The notes: generated by a model from the sequence alone, not told the origin. Positions 1 through 9,835 are shown, numbered from the stretch's first letter. The stretch is DNA of 64,000 nt from Candidatus Altimarinota bacterium (GCA_963664295.1 OY760935.1:352001-416000), one strand, 5' to 3'. Made by a program: numbers and translations.

Positions 1-2
1 AA

Positions 3-161
3 AAATCAGCTGGAATTTATGAAAATATTCTTAGAAAAAATTATTTACTGGAAAGTGGCTTAGAAATTATGGAGAGTACGGATAAATTTCCTTTTCTTGG
101 CAACTTAAAACAAGATAAATGCTTTAGAGTTCTTATTGGAAAAGAAAGCTTTGTAAATTAA
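3..161 (+). CDS. 3' end of a CDS entering from the left edge (…KSAGIYENILRKNYLLESGLEIMESTDKFPFLGNLKQDKCFRVLIGKESFVN*), function unknown
   Basis: Frame 3 is open from the window edge to TAA at 159-161 and converges on the radC stop. Confidence 0.5.
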   Translation, partial: KSAGIYENILRKNYLLESGLEIMESTDKFPFLGNLKQDKCFRVLIGKESFVN

Positions 162-832
162 AAACCGTTTTCTGCAAAACTATAAAAACCTGTTTTTGTC
201 ACAATAATGTGATCTAAAACATCAATTTCCAATTTTTTTGCACATTCAACTAAGTTTTTGTGCCATTTTTTATCGCTTTCTGATGGCTCATTTTTGCCGT
301 CAGGGTGATTGTGAGCAACAATAATTCTTTGACTATAAAACCTGATAGGAGGATGAAAAACATCAATCAAAGCACAGTGAGCTTCGTTTTGTTTACCAAG
401 GGCAACTGTCTCACGATAAAACACCATATTTTCTGCATTAAGACAGGCAATAGACACATTTTCTCTTTGCAAGCTCTGCATATCAGCAAAATATTTAAAA
501 GCGTCTTGAGGGTTATTGATAACTCCATTATCTTTTGAATTCATTCTTCTGTATATTTCGCTAATGGCAGCTATTTGACAGGCTTTTGCCGGCGGTAAAC
601 CCTGCTCAATAACTTCATGAGGGGACTTCATTAAAGCAAACAAACCTCTCATACCATATTCCTTTAAAAGAATTTTAGACAAAGTGTGTACATCAATTTT
701 TTCTTTACCTTTGCGAACGCCGGTATTGAGAATAATTGCTAAAAGTTCGTGATCAAAAAGTGATTTTGATCCATATTGAAGCATTTTCTCTCGAGGTAAT
801 AAATTTTCTTTTTTATTAGTAGGATATTTCAT
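158..832 (-). CDS. radC: RadC family JAB-domain protein
   Basis: N-terminal PREK..YG...L.DHELLAIIL.TG and C-terminal AHNHPDG..EPS..D / LDHIIV JAB motifs; ATG at 832 (track uses TTG at 838). Confidence 0.92.
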   Translation of the reverse strand: MKYPTNKKENLLPREKMLQYGSKSLFDHELLAIILNTGVRKGKEKIDVHTLSKILLKEYGMRGLFALMKSPHEVIEQGLPPAKACQIAAISEIYRRMNSKDNGVINNPQDAFKYFADMQSLQRENVSIACLNAENMVFYRETVALGKQNEAHCALIDVFHPPIRFYSQRIIVAHNHPDGKNEPSESDKKWHKNLVECAKKLEIDVLDHIIVTKTGFYSFAENGF

Positions 833-1217
833 TGGCAAAGAGTTCTAAAATTTTTTCGCGTTTTTCAGGCGATAAAGAAAGGAATTTTTTAATATGAATT
901 ATTTCAAGGTCATCTTTTTTGCTTGTTTTATAGGGTTTTATTTTTTGACTACGTAAAATATTATAATAATTTTCATCATCATACAAAAAATAATCAAGAG
1001 ATTTGCCAAAAAATTGAGCAATTTTTTCAAGCCCCTGAAGATCAATTTTGTCTTCTTTGAGTTTTTTAAAAAAAGCATTTATTTTGTCATATTTCCATTG
1101 TCTGCTACTACTTGAGCTTGCACCAAGAATTTCACCTAATTTTTCTTTTTTAACTCCATAAAAATCAGCTAATTGATTGATTTTATTGACTATTTTTTCT
1201 CCTTTAATTTTTTCCAT
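816..1217 (-). CDS. XRE-like helix-turn-helix regulator
   Basis: KEKLGEILGASSSS.RQW and LEKIAQFFGKSLDYFL resemble XRE/HTH_3 helices; LSPEKREKILEL tail; overlaps the radC start. Confidence 0.6.
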   Translation of the reverse strand: MEKIKGEKIVNKINQLADFYGVKKEKLGEILGASSSSSRQWKYDKINAFFKKLKEDKIDLQGLEKIAQFFGKSLDYFLYDDENYYNILRSQKIKPYKTSKKDDLEIIHIKKFLSLSPEKREKILELFANEISY

Positions 1218-1240
1218 TTTTTAAAAAACAAACTAAGCCT

Positions 1241-1329
1241 AGCTTATTAAGTTAATTTTGTTTAGTCAAGTTAATTTATTTACAAAAATAAGACATAATA
1301 CTTGACAATTTAATTTTTAAATTTATTAT
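1241..1329. promoter_or_regulatory. Back-to-back sigma70-like promoters (TTGACT on minus, TTGACA-16-TATTAT on plus)
   Basis: agtcaa at about 1264-1269 (minus -35); ttgaca at 1302-1307 with tattat at 1324-1329. Confidence 0.45.
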
Positions 1330-1377
1330 TTTTATAAAAATATCCCCTGAATTATTTTAAAAATTTCTTTAAAAAAC

Positions 1378-1554
1378 ATGGAAATAATTGAATTTAATGA
1401 AGAGGATATTGTTCCGGTGCAGGCAGTTTATTTTGATATTCGTAATAAATTGCCAATTTTTGCCCTAAAAAACGGCAATTTTTATGCTCCAGTTTTTTTG
1501 CATGGTGATAGAGGAGTGGAAATGGCAAGTTTTGAAAAAATTTCTCTAAATTAA
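1378..1554 (+). CDS. Small hypothetical protein, 58 aa (MEIIEFNEEDIVPVQAVYFDIRNKLPIFALKNGNFYAPVFLHGDRGVEMASFEKISLN)
   Basis: ATG 1378 to TAA 1554, below the ORF-track cutoff; downstream of a TTGACA promoter; protein-like composition. Confidence 0.55.
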   Translation: MEIIEFNEEDIVPVQAVYFDIRNKLPIFALKNGNFYAPVFLHGDRGVEMASFEKISLN

Positions 1555-1623
1555 GCCCTAAAAAATGTTTATTTATTGTTTTTTTTCTTAAAAATTGGTA
1601 AAATAATAAGATTAAAAAAACAA

Positions 1624-4600
1624 ATGAACAGAAAAATTAAAAATTTAATATTAACTATTTTTATTGCCTTTTTCCTAGGAATAGGATTTGCACAAGCTGA
1701 TGATATTACATATACAGTTGACAACCTTACTACTACGACAGGACAAGCTTGTTTGGATGGAGTTGCTGATGATTGTTCTTTTAAGTCAGCTTTAGCATTA
1801 ACAAATGCTTATCCTAATCCCGACACAGATAAAGTGACGATTAATTTTGATTCTTCGTTAAATGGACAAACTTTATTCATTGATGCTACTACATATATAC
1901 TATCTAGAAGCAATGTAGATATTATTGGCCTTGGTGTTGATAATTTTGCAATTGATTTTTCAGGTTATATTGTAGGTAACGATTGGGGATCTGGTTTTCA
2001 TATTCGTGGTTCTGATAAAGACAATACAATTGGTAATGTTACAATTTCTGATTTAAAAATTGTCAATAGTCCTGCTACTAAACACTACTATCTTGTTTGG
2101 ATTTATAATGCTCATGATGTTTTGATTGATAATTGTGAATTTGGTAATTCTGGTTATGATGTTCTTCATATTGGTAATTATACGAATGATATTACTGTGC
2201 AAAATACGGAAATTTATGGAGCTGACTATGGACGCAATGCTCCAGGCTGGACAGCAACTATTGCAACTGGTCTTTGTAGTGGATTAGCGCAAAATAGTAA
2301 TGATTTTGATGCTCCTGAAAATGCAAATTATCGTGATTGTTTGCCAACAGACATTACAGTTGATACTTGTTATTTACATGATGCCAATCCTAATCATGGT
2401 CATTACACAGTTCATGGTGGTTTTAATCATAAAATAATCAATTCAACACTTGATATGAATGAATTAGGTGCAACCATGATTATTGATGGATTTGAGCTTT
2501 CTGGAAACACTTTTACTGGTACAGAAAACTTATATTTAACCTCTAATCCAACTAATGTGGAAGAAGCAGAAGTTGTCAGAAACCCTAGCGATTATGTAAT
2601 TAGTAATAATACTTTTACTAATGCTGGATTATATTTACTTTCTAACTCAAAAGAAGAATATTTTTTTGAAGGACTAGAAATTTCTGATAACACAATTACT
2701 AATGGTGATATCCATATTCTTGGCGAAGCTCAAGACCTTGTTATTGACAATAATGATATTGACGGTGGTGCAATAAAATTAAGTAATTTAACAAAATTTT
2801 CCAATGCTGAGGTCACTAATAATATTATTAGTAATTTTCCTGAATTTGGCATTTCTGTTAGTCCAAAAAGTAACTATTTAACCTCTGCTCACACATTATC
2901 CTATAACGGTGTTGATTATAATGGTGTATCGAATCCAGCTGATCCAAGTCCGAATTTTTTAATTTATTTCTTAAATACCTCTGAAAATACGCAAGTAGCA
3001 ATGGATGACACGGCTATTCCCGTAGAATACATTAACGATGCAAAAAATAGAGGTGGTTTTTCTGGCGCTTTGATTAATTTTTTTTCAACTATACCTGTAG
3101 TTTTTATTAGTCCAAGTGGTCGTAATGCTACTAATTTAGCCTCTTGCCAGAGCTTTGCAGGATCTTTGTTTAGCACTTGTCATGCTTTTAAGATGGATTA
3201 TTTTGAATATGACTCTGCTACAGATCAGTTTACTTTTACAGGACTTGATGGCTTTGAAGTGGATACTCCTGGAGAAGAGGTGACTTTTTACGCAGGCGAT
3301 TCTCTTACTCCGCCCCATCTTGAAGATGAGCCATATATACGCAATTTATCTGAAAATACAGAAATAACCTTTTCTGGTAATGTTTTGCAAAACTCAAATA
3401 ATTCACCAGTGACAAATTATTATTCATCTTTTCATCCACTTGCTTATGATGGAGTGGATTATGTAAGTGACATGGGAGCTGCGGGTGGAGATGAAGCACT
3501 TTTTTATCAAAATAATGATGCATCTGAATTTGTCGTAATTAGTTCAGATGACACACTAATAGATAATAGTGACATTATAGACCAAGCAAAAACAGCAGAT
3601 GGTTTTATGATGATTTTGATAAGTTTTGACCCTGGTTCTGGAATGGCAAGAATGTCTGGAATTTTGCCAAATGGAGCAATTGGTGTTTCTGATCTTGCCT
3701 CTTGTGACGCGGTAGTCGCAGGTGCATATGGTGGAACTTGTGATGCGATTAAGCTTGATTATTTTGATTATAATGAAACCACAGAAGAGTTTGAATTTAC
3801 TGGCTTAAGTGGCTTTGAAACTGCTGGTAGCACTGTCTCATTGGCTTCTAGTTATTCAGGAGACCCCTACTTAACAAAGCAATTAGAATGTGAATATGCT
3901 GCTTATAATATTGAAGGCTCAAGTAATACTTTTACAAATGAAACAGTAATAAATGTGGGTAATGGTTTTTATTTTAATAATTATGGTGTTTCCAATGATC
4001 TTAATTATTCAGAATTAAGTTCAACTTGTAGCACTATTAAGCAATACAGTACTAAAGTACCACTGTTTATAAGTGAGTATGTATCTTCCTTGCACCCACT
4101 TGCTTATGATGGTGTTGATTATGTTAGTGATGCTGACTCTGAAGAAAATGAAGCAATGTTGTATCAAGATCTTACAAGTGGTTTATTGGTTATAACAGAA
4201 AACAATACAACACTTCCAAGTACAGTTTCAACACATGGCAGAGGCGCAGGTGGCTTTATGATGATATTAGCAACAATTGATCCGGGAGGTGATAATTATC
4301 AAATTTCAGTTTTAGTGCCAAAAGATTTAATGAATATTAATGACCTTGCTTCTTGTTCTGCGGCAATAGCAGCAGCTTATGGCGGAACCTGTGAGGCAAT
4401 TAAATATAACTATTTTGACTACAACGAAACCACAGAAGAACTTGAATTTACTGGCTTAAGTGGCTTTGAAACTGCTGGTGGCACTGTCTCATTGGCTTCT
4501 AGTTATTCAGGAGATCCATATATCAACAAAATTGCCCCTGTGGGCTATGATGATTTAACTAATGTAAATTATTTAAACAACACTAGTTTTGGCGGAGAAG

Positions 4601-5865
4601 AGGCAACTGATGTTCAGTCAGGTGCAATTGAAGTTAGTTATGATGTTCAACTTAAAATAAATGATCAATCTGGAGTTGTTGTTTCTGATGCAAGTGTTAT
4701 AGCAGAAGATTCTCAGGGAAATACTACAAACCTTGGCTCAACAAATGCTTCAGGGTTAACAACATTAGCCTCATTAAAAGCTTATCGCATTGATCCAACA
4801 GGCATAAATCCCGATTATAATCCATATTCTTTTACTGTAAATCATATTGAATTTTTAGAAAGAATAGATATAGGTGAAGTTCTTCAGGATAATCCAGAAA
4901 TTCTTTTTCACATTGGACCAACTTTTGGAGGATTAAGCCTAATTCAATATTATGTAGACAACCCTGCTCTTAGTGAGGCGCCGGGGGAATTTATGGTTGA
5001 ATTTAACATTGGTGATGCTGTGGATGGCATACCTATTGGAGGTCAAATTGTGCTCACTTTTCCAGATGAATTCACAATTGCTAATAATGCTGACATTAGT
5101 GGTGATATTATTGCTTTTACTGACGATGGAACAGATATTTCTGCAAATATCGCAGAAGCAAGAGCATTAGACAACACAATTAGCGTAAGCATAACCAATC
5201 AAGATATAGAAAAACAAAGCATTATTTTATTAAATATTGACGGAGATGTAATTAGTCAAAATCCTTCTGAGCCAGGAGAATATTATGTGCAAATGACTAC
5301 GAAAGATCAACTAGGAGCAGTTTTGGACACAGGTTATATTCCTGTAGTTATTGGAGGAGATCTTGTAATGCAGGTAAATGTACAAGAAGCAATGATAATA
5401 AACATTGATAACACTAGTATTCTTCTTAATCTTGATCCAGGAGTAAATAATGGTGAAGATTATTCTCAAAAAAGTGAAATCACAATTCAGTCAAATTCGC
5501 CTAATGGTTATATTATTCAGACAATGATTGATGGAGGATCGCTTTTAAATGGTTCTCATTCGCTTAGTGGTGGCAACGCAAAGGTTGAAGAAAATAAAAT
5601 TGGCTACATAGCCTATAATAATCCTGATGCAAGTGAAATAACAAAAACAAAAGAAGAATTACAAACAGATGCTTCTGCTGTTTATGGCTTCACAGGTCTT
5701 TCTAATGGTCTTCGTCTTTATGATGGTACAGAAAATGGCATTGGACTAACTTCAACAACAGATAATCAAAAACATACTGTTTATTATGTTGTTAATGTTG
5801 ATTATGGAATTGCGCCAGGACTTTATTCAGGAGCAATTGTGTTTACTGCTTTACCTCGCTTTTAA
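1624..5865 (+). CDS. Large secreted/surface protein: signal peptide, CSLREA-like N-terminal motif, parallel beta-helix repeats, three Cys-containing internal modules, C-terminal Ig-like domains
   Basis: MNRKIKNLILTIFIAFFLGIGFAQA signal; TYTVD…DDCSFKSALAL; repeated I.NN.I PbH1-like strands; C-terminal PGLYSGAIVFTALPRF; ATG 1624 preferred to TTG 1576. Confidence 0.75.
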   Translation: MNRKIKNLILTIFIAFFLGIGFAQADDITYTVDNLTTTTGQACLDGVADDCSFKSALALTNAYPNPDTDKVTINFDSSLNGQTLFIDATTYILSRSNVDIIGLGVDNFAIDFSGYIVGNDWGSGFHIRGSDKDNTIGNVTISDLKIVNSPATKHYYLVWIYNAHDVLIDNCEFGNSGYDVLHIGNYTNDITVQNTEIYGADYGRNAPGWTATIATGLCSGLAQNSNDFDAPENANYRDCLPTDITVDTCYLHDANPNHGHYTVHGGFNHKIINSTLDMNELGATMIIDGFELSGNTFTGTENLYLTSNPTNVEEAEVVRNPSDYVISNNTFTNAGLYLLSNSKEEYFFEGLEISDNTITNGDIHILGEAQDLVIDNNDIDGGAIKLSNLTKFSNAEVTNNIISNFPEFGISVSPKSNYLTSAHTLSYNGVDYNGVSNPADPSPNFLIYFLNTSENTQVAMDDTAIPVEYINDAKNRGGFSGALINFFSTIPVVFISPSGRNATNLASCQSFAGSLFSTCHAFKMDYFEYDSATDQFTFTGLDGFEVDTPGEEVTFYAGDSLTPPHLEDEPYIRNLSENTEITFSGNVLQNSNNSPVTNYYSSFHPLAYDGVDYVSDMGAAGGDEALFYQNNDASEFVVISSDDTLIDNSDIIDQAKTADGFMMILISFDPGSGMARMSGILPNGAIGVSDLASCDAVVAGAYGGTCDAIKLDYFDYNETTEEFEFTGLSGFETAGSTVSLASSYSGDPYLTKQLECEYAAYNIEGSSNTFTNETVINVGNGFYFNNYGVSNDLNYSELSSTCSTIKQYSTKVPLFISEYVSSLHPLAYDGVDYVSDADSEENEAMLYQDLTSGLLVITENNTTLPSTVSTHGRGAGGFMMILATIDPGGDNYQISVLVPKDLMNINDLASCSAAIAAAYGGTCEAIKYNYFDYNETTEELEFTGLSGFETAGGTVSLASSYSGDPYINKIAPVGYDDLTNVNYLNNTSFGGEEATDVQSGAIEVSYDVQLKINDQSGVVVSDASVIAEDSQGNTTNLGSTNASGLTTLASLKAYRIDPTGINPDYNPYSFTVNHIEFLERIDIGEVLQDNPEILFHIGPTFGGLSLIQYYVDNPALSEAPGEFMVEFNIGDAVDGIPIGGQIVLTFPDEFTIANNADISGDIIAFTDDGTDISANIAEARALDNTISVSITNQDIEKQSIILLNIDGDVISQNPSEPGEYYVQMTTKDQLGAVLDTGYIPVVIGGDLVMQVNVQEAMIINIDNTSILLNLDPGVNNGEDYSQKSEITIQSNSPNGYIIQTMIDGGSLLNGSHSLSGGNAKVEENKIGYIAYNNPDASEITKTKEELQTDASAVYGFTGLSNGLRLYDGTENGIGLTSTTDNQKHTVYYVVNVDYGIAPGLYSGAIVFTALPRF
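2887..4521 (+). repeat. Three ~150-aa intragenic repeat modules (about 2887-3336, 3424-3870, 4084-4521)
   Basis: HxL(A/S)Y(D/N)GVDY…LASC…G(G)TC.A.K.(D/N)YF.Y…FTGL.GFE…PY in all three; 3775-3863 and 4426-4514 match at 86/89 nt. Confidence 0.9.
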
Positions 5866-5906
5866 TTGTTTTTTTTGCTAATATTTTTTTTGCAATAAGC
5901 CAAAAA

Positions 5907-6569
5907 ATGAGCATTAAAATCGATAAAGTAATTAAAAGTAAGCGAAAAACATTTAGCTTGGAAATAACCCAAGATGCTCGTTTGATTGTTCGAGCGCCTT
6001 TTGGGGCTTCCTTAGGGCTTATTCAAGATATAGTTAGTCAAAAAATAAATTGGATAAAAAAGAAAAAATCTCAAATGAATTTACGCAAAAAAAAGCCTAA
6101 AAAATTTATAGAAGGGGAACTATTTCTTTATCTTGGTCAAAAATATCCACTAAAGCTAAAAAGTCAAAAAATAGCCCTTGATTTAAATAAAAATTTTAAT
6201 TTGTCTGCTTCTGAGATTAAAAATGCAAAAGAAATTTTTACAAATTGGTACAAAAAAGAAGCAAAAATAATAATTCAAGACAGAGTTGATTACTATGCAG
6301 AATTAAATAAATTAAAATACCAAAAAATTCGCATAACTAGTGCAAAAAAACGCTGGGGATCATGTAGTGCAAATAATAATCTTAATTTTTCTTGGAGATT
6401 AGTAATGGCTCCAATGGAAATAGTTGACTATGTGGTTGTGCATGAGCTTGCACACATTAAAGAAAAAAATCACTCTTCAAAATTTTGGCAAGTAGTTGAA
6501 AGAATAATGCCAGACTATAAGCAACGCAGAAAATGGCTCAAAGAAAACGGACACTTACTTAATTTGTAG
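5907..6569 (+). CDS. YgjP/M48-like zinc metallopeptidase-domain protein (DUF45)
   Basis: SKRKT.SL…RWGSCS…LNFSWRL…DYVVVHELAH.KE.NHS..FW. Confidence 0.88.
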   Translation: MSIKIDKVIKSKRKTFSLEITQDARLIVRAPFGASLGLIQDIVSQKINWIKKKKSQMNLRKKKPKKFIEGELFLYLGQKYPLKLKSQKIALDLNKNFNLSASEIKNAKEIFTNWYKKEAKIIIQDRVDYYAELNKLKYQKIRITSAKKRWGSCSANNNLNFSWRLVMAPMEIVDYVVVHELAHIKEKNHSSKFWQVVERIMPDYKQRRKWLKENGHLLNL

Positions 6570-6849
6570 CTGGTTCTTCACCAGAAATTATATCAAGGAC
6601 TCTGGCCATTTCATCTTCGCGCAAATGTTTTTCCAGCTCAGAAGGAGTCAATGTTTTAAGGTCAATTACTGGAGTTTTTAATCCTAGCGTTTTTGTCATC
6701 CATTCGCTAAGAGGATTTTGTTTTGCTTTAAGTTCGAGTGGTGGTTCTCTTTCGGCCAAAACCTGCAAAATAGCTCTTTGCCTAATTTGATTACCATCAG
6801 TAAGCTCAACAGTATCGGGGAAAAATTTTTTTAAAGAAAAATTTTTCAT
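6559..6849 (-). CDS. Hypothetical protein (orphan)
   Basis: 96-aa ORF from ATG 6849, preceded by a TTGACT…TATAGT promoter (6925-6952). Confidence 0.6.
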   Translation of the reverse strand: MKNFSLKKFFPDTVELTDGNQIRQRAILQVLAEREPPLELKAKQNPLSEWMTKTLGLKTPVIDLKTLTPSELEKHLREDEMARVLDIISGEEPATN

Positions 6850-7012
6850 AATTATATTTAAAAGATTATTTTTTGTAGTAAGTAGTTGCAATAAAACAAT
6901 TTTTTTATTCTAAAGCAGTTATTAACTATATTATAAATTTAAAAAAAGTCAATAGGATTTTTAGTTAAATTTATCTTTAAAAGAAAGCTTATTTCATATA
7001 AACTCTCCAAGT

Positions 7013-8293
7013 ATGAATATAACAGAAAAAATACTAGCCAAAAATTCAGGCAAAGACAGGGTAATACCCGGTGATTTAATTGAAGCAAATATAGATTTAA
7101 TTATTGCTCATGATGTCACAACTCCACCAGCTATTGAAATGCTAAAGAAAAAGGGGATTAACAAAGTTTTTGATCCTGAAAAAATCGTGGTCACACCTGA
7201 CCATTTTGTACCCAATAAAGATATTGCCTCTGCAGAATTGGCAAAATCTCTTAGAGAATGGGCACGCGAAAACAATATTAAAAATTATTTTGATATTGGT
7301 TGTCATGGCATTTGCCATGCAATAGCACCAGAAAAAGGATTTGTTCGTCCAGGACAAGTTATTATTGGTGCTGATTCTCACACTTGTACTCATGGTGCTC
7401 TTGGTGCTTTTGCTACTGGTATTGGTTCTACTGATCTTGCCTTTGCTCTTGCTACTGGCAAGTTGTGGTTTAAAGTTCCGCCAACATTAAAATTCATAAT
7501 TAACGGTAAATTAAAAAAAGGCACAACAGCAAAAGACGCAATATTAGAAATAATCCGCAGAATTACCGTTGCTGGTGCAACCTACAAGGCAATGGAATTC
7601 ACAGGTGAAATAATAGACACAATGAGTGTGGAAGAAAGGCTCACAGTCTGCAATATGGCAATTGAAGCAGGCGGAAAAAGTGGCATAATCGCACCAGACC
7701 AAAAAGCAATAGATTATGTAAACAATGCATCTGGATTAAGTTTAAAACTCAATGATTTTGATTATTTAAAATCAGATCCTGATGCAGAATATGAAGAAGT
7801 TTTTGAATGGGACTTTTCCGATCTTGACCCAATTGTTGCCTGTCCACATTTACCAGACAACTGTAAAAAAGCTAGTGAACTAGAACAAAAAAACCTAAAA
7901 ATAGACCAAGCTTATTTAGGTAGTTGTACCAATGGTCGCATTTCCGATCTCAGAGCAGCAGCAAAAATACTAAAAGGCAAAAAAATAGCCGATGGTGTGA
8001 GAATGTTAGTTATCCCTGCCACTACTGATATTTGGAATCAAGCAAACAAAGAAGGATTATTTGATATTTTTTCTGAAGCTGGTTGTGCAATTTCAACTCC
8101 AACTTGCGGAGCTTGCCTTGGTGGTCATATGGGTATTTTAGCTAAAGGTGAACGCTGTATTTCTTCAACAAATCGTAATTTTGTAGGCAGAATGGGAGAT
8201 CCGGAAAGTGAAGTTTATTTAGCTTCACCATACACAGTAGCTACCTCTGCTATAAAAGGCTATATTTCCGACCCTCGAGAATTTTTAAATTAA
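7013..8293 (+). CDS. leuC: 3-isopropylmalate dehydratase large subunit (short LeuC/HacA type)
   Basis: [42 protein letters not shown] aconitase-family motifs. Confidence 0.93.
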   Translation: MNITEKILAKNSGKDRVIPGDLIEANIDLIIAHDVTTPPAIEMLKKKGINKVFDPEKIVVTPDHFVPNKDIASAELAKSLREWARENNIKNYFDIGCHGICHAIAPEKGFVRPGQVIIGADSHTCTHGALGAFATGIGSTDLAFALATGKLWFKVPPTLKFIINGKLKKGTTAKDAILEIIRRITVAGATYKAMEFTGEIIDTMSVEERLTVCNMAIEAGGKSGIIAPDQKAIDYVNNASGLSLKLNDFDYLKSDPDAEYEEVFEWDFSDLDPIVACPHLPDNCKKASELEQKNLKIDQAYLGSCTNGRISDLRAAAKILKGKKIADGVRMLVIPATTDIWNQANKEGLFDIFSEAGCAISTPTCGACLGGHMGILAKGERCISSTNRNFVGRMGDPESEVYLASPYTVATSAIKGYISDPREFLN

Positions 8294-8297
8294 AATT

Positions 8298-8783
8298 ATG
8301 CAAAAAATATTCACAGGAAAAGCACATGTTTATAATAAAAATAACATCAATACAGACGAAATAATTCCAGCTCGTCGCATGAACATACACGAAGAAGCAC
8401 ATTTAGCAAAATTTGCTATGGAGGATTTAGACAAAGATTTTATAAACAAAGTTCAAGATGGTGATTTTATTATTGCTGGTGAAAATTTTGGCTGTGGATC
8501 AAGTCGTGAACACGCAATTTGGGCGTTACGAGGAGCAGGCATAAAAGCAGTAATTGCAAAATCTTTTGCCCGTATTTTTTATCGCAATGCAGTAAATAAT
8601 GGTTTTTTGGCTATTGAATCTGCTGAAGTAGTTGATAAAATTAGCAATAGTGATGAGCTTGAAATAAACACTGAAAAAGGTGAAGTAAAAAATTTAAACA
8701 CAGGAGATGTATTTTCTGCTCAACAAATACCTGATTTTGTATTTGAAATCGCAGAAAAAGGGGGATTATTAAACACAATTTAA
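8298..8783 (+). CDS. leuD: 3-isopropylmalate dehydratase small subunit
   Basis: [34 protein letters not shown]; directly follows leuC. Confidence 0.93.
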   Translation: MQKIFTGKAHVYNKNNINTDEIIPARRMNIHEEAHLAKFAMEDLDKDFINKVQDGDFIIAGENFGCGSSREHAIWALRGAGIKAVIAKSFARIFYRNAVNNGFLAIESAEVVDKISNSDELEINTEKGEVKNLNTGDVFSAQQIPDFVFEIAEKGGLLNTI

Positions 8784-8792
8784 TCAAAAACT

Positions 8793-8852
8793 ATGTCAGG
8801 ACATTCCAAATGGCACTCAATTCGGCACAAAAAAGGTGTAGCTGAATTTTAA
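8793..8852 (+). pseudogene. Truncated yebC 5' copy 1 / uORF MSGHSKWHSIRHKKGVAEF*
   Basis: First 15 codons identical to yebC, then an in-frame TAA. Confidence 0.8.
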
Positions 8853-8946
8853 ATAAGTGGGCAGATATTCACTCGTCATGCTAACTTAATCACAAAAAAT
8901 ATTAAAAATAATATCAAAAAAACTTAACACAATTTAATCAAAAACT

Positions 8947-9006
8947 ATGTCAGGACATTCCAAATGGCACTCAATTCGGCACAAAAAAGGTGTAGCTGAA
9001 TTTTAA
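8947..9006 (+). pseudogene. Truncated yebC 5' copy 2 / uORF MSGHSKWHSIRHKKGVAEF*
   Basis: Identical to copy 1. Confidence 0.8.
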
Positions 9007-9100
9007 ATAAGTGGGCAGATATTCACTCGTCATGCTAACTTAATCACAAAAAATATTAAAAATAATATCAAAAAAACTTAACACAATTTAATCAAAAACT

Positions 9101-9835
9101 ATGTCAGGACATTCCAAATGGCACTCAATTCGGCACAAAAAAGGTGCAGCTGATGCAAAGAGGGGTCAAATTTTTACTCGTCATGCTAACTTAATCACAA
9201 TAGCAGCCAGAGACGGCGGAGGAGACGCAGATATGAATCCGGCGCTCAGAATTGCTATTGATAATGCCAAGAAAGAAAATATGCCTAATGCAAACATAGA
9301 TAGAGCAATAAAAAAAGGCACAGGAGAAGACAAAGACGGAGCAAGGCTCGAAGAAATGAGCTTTGAAGGTTATGGGCCAGAAGGAGTAGCTATTTTTGTA
9401 AAAGCAATTTCCGACAATAGAAATCGCACAGTTGCTAGCGTGCGCTCATCTTTTAGTAAACATGGAGGTAATCTTGGCGAATCCGGTTCTGTTGCTTGGA
9501 TGTTTCACCAAAAAGGCATAATAGAACTAGAAAATCTCAATGAAGATTTAGAAATGGTGGCAATAGAAAGTGGAGCAGAAGATATTCAAGATAATGAAAT
9601 AACCTGTGCAATGCAGGATTTTGCAGAATTAAAAAAAGCTCTTGAAGAAGCTGGAGCAAAAGTTGCAAGAGGAGAAATTGCTATGATTCCAGAAAATACA
9701 ATCAAAATAGAGGATGAAAGCAAAGCAAAACAAGTTTTACGACTTGTGGAAGCCCTAGAAGACAATGACGATGTCAGCTCTGTGTCTGCCAATTTTGATA
9801 TTCCTGAAGAAGTGCTTGAAAAAGCAATGAGCTAA
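9101..9835 (+). CDS. yebC: YebC/PmpR (TACO1) family protein
   Basis: MSGHSKW..IRHKKG, NP.LR.A, EGYGP.G, DN.NRT, LED.DDV. Confidence 0.95.
   Translation: MSGHSKWHSIRHKKGAADAKRGQIFTRHANLITIAARDGGGDADMNPALRIAIDNAKKENMPNANIDRAIKKGTGEDKDGARLEEMSFEGYGPEGVAIFVKAISDNRNRTVASVRSSFSKHGGNLGESGSVAWMFHQKGIIELENLNEDLEMVAIESGAEDIQDNEITCAMQDFAELKKALEEAGAKVARGEIAMIPENTIKIEDESKAKQVLRLVEALEDNDDVSSVSANFDIPEEVLEKAMS

Larger units (their letters stand above)
8772..9199 (+). repeat. Tandem 154-bp repeat: two identical full copies plus a third homologous segment that is the real yebC start
   Basis: atgtcaggacattccaaatggcac at 8793, 8947 and 9101 (period 154). Confidence 0.97.

Noticed and set aside
158-1554. Prophage or ICE boundary
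   Set aside because: No integrase, structural or conjugation genes, and radC is the full-length chromosomal type
3775-4514. DGR TR/VR inside the surface protein (also 31576-31629 vs 32493-32546)
   Set aside because: Both copies are in-frame coding, mismatches are mostly synonymous and not restricted to adenines of one copy, and there is no RT or avd gene
8772-9199. CRISPR array or DGR template/variable pair
   Set aside because: The units are identical copies of the yebC start, the differences are not adenine-specific, and there is no reverse transcriptase in the window
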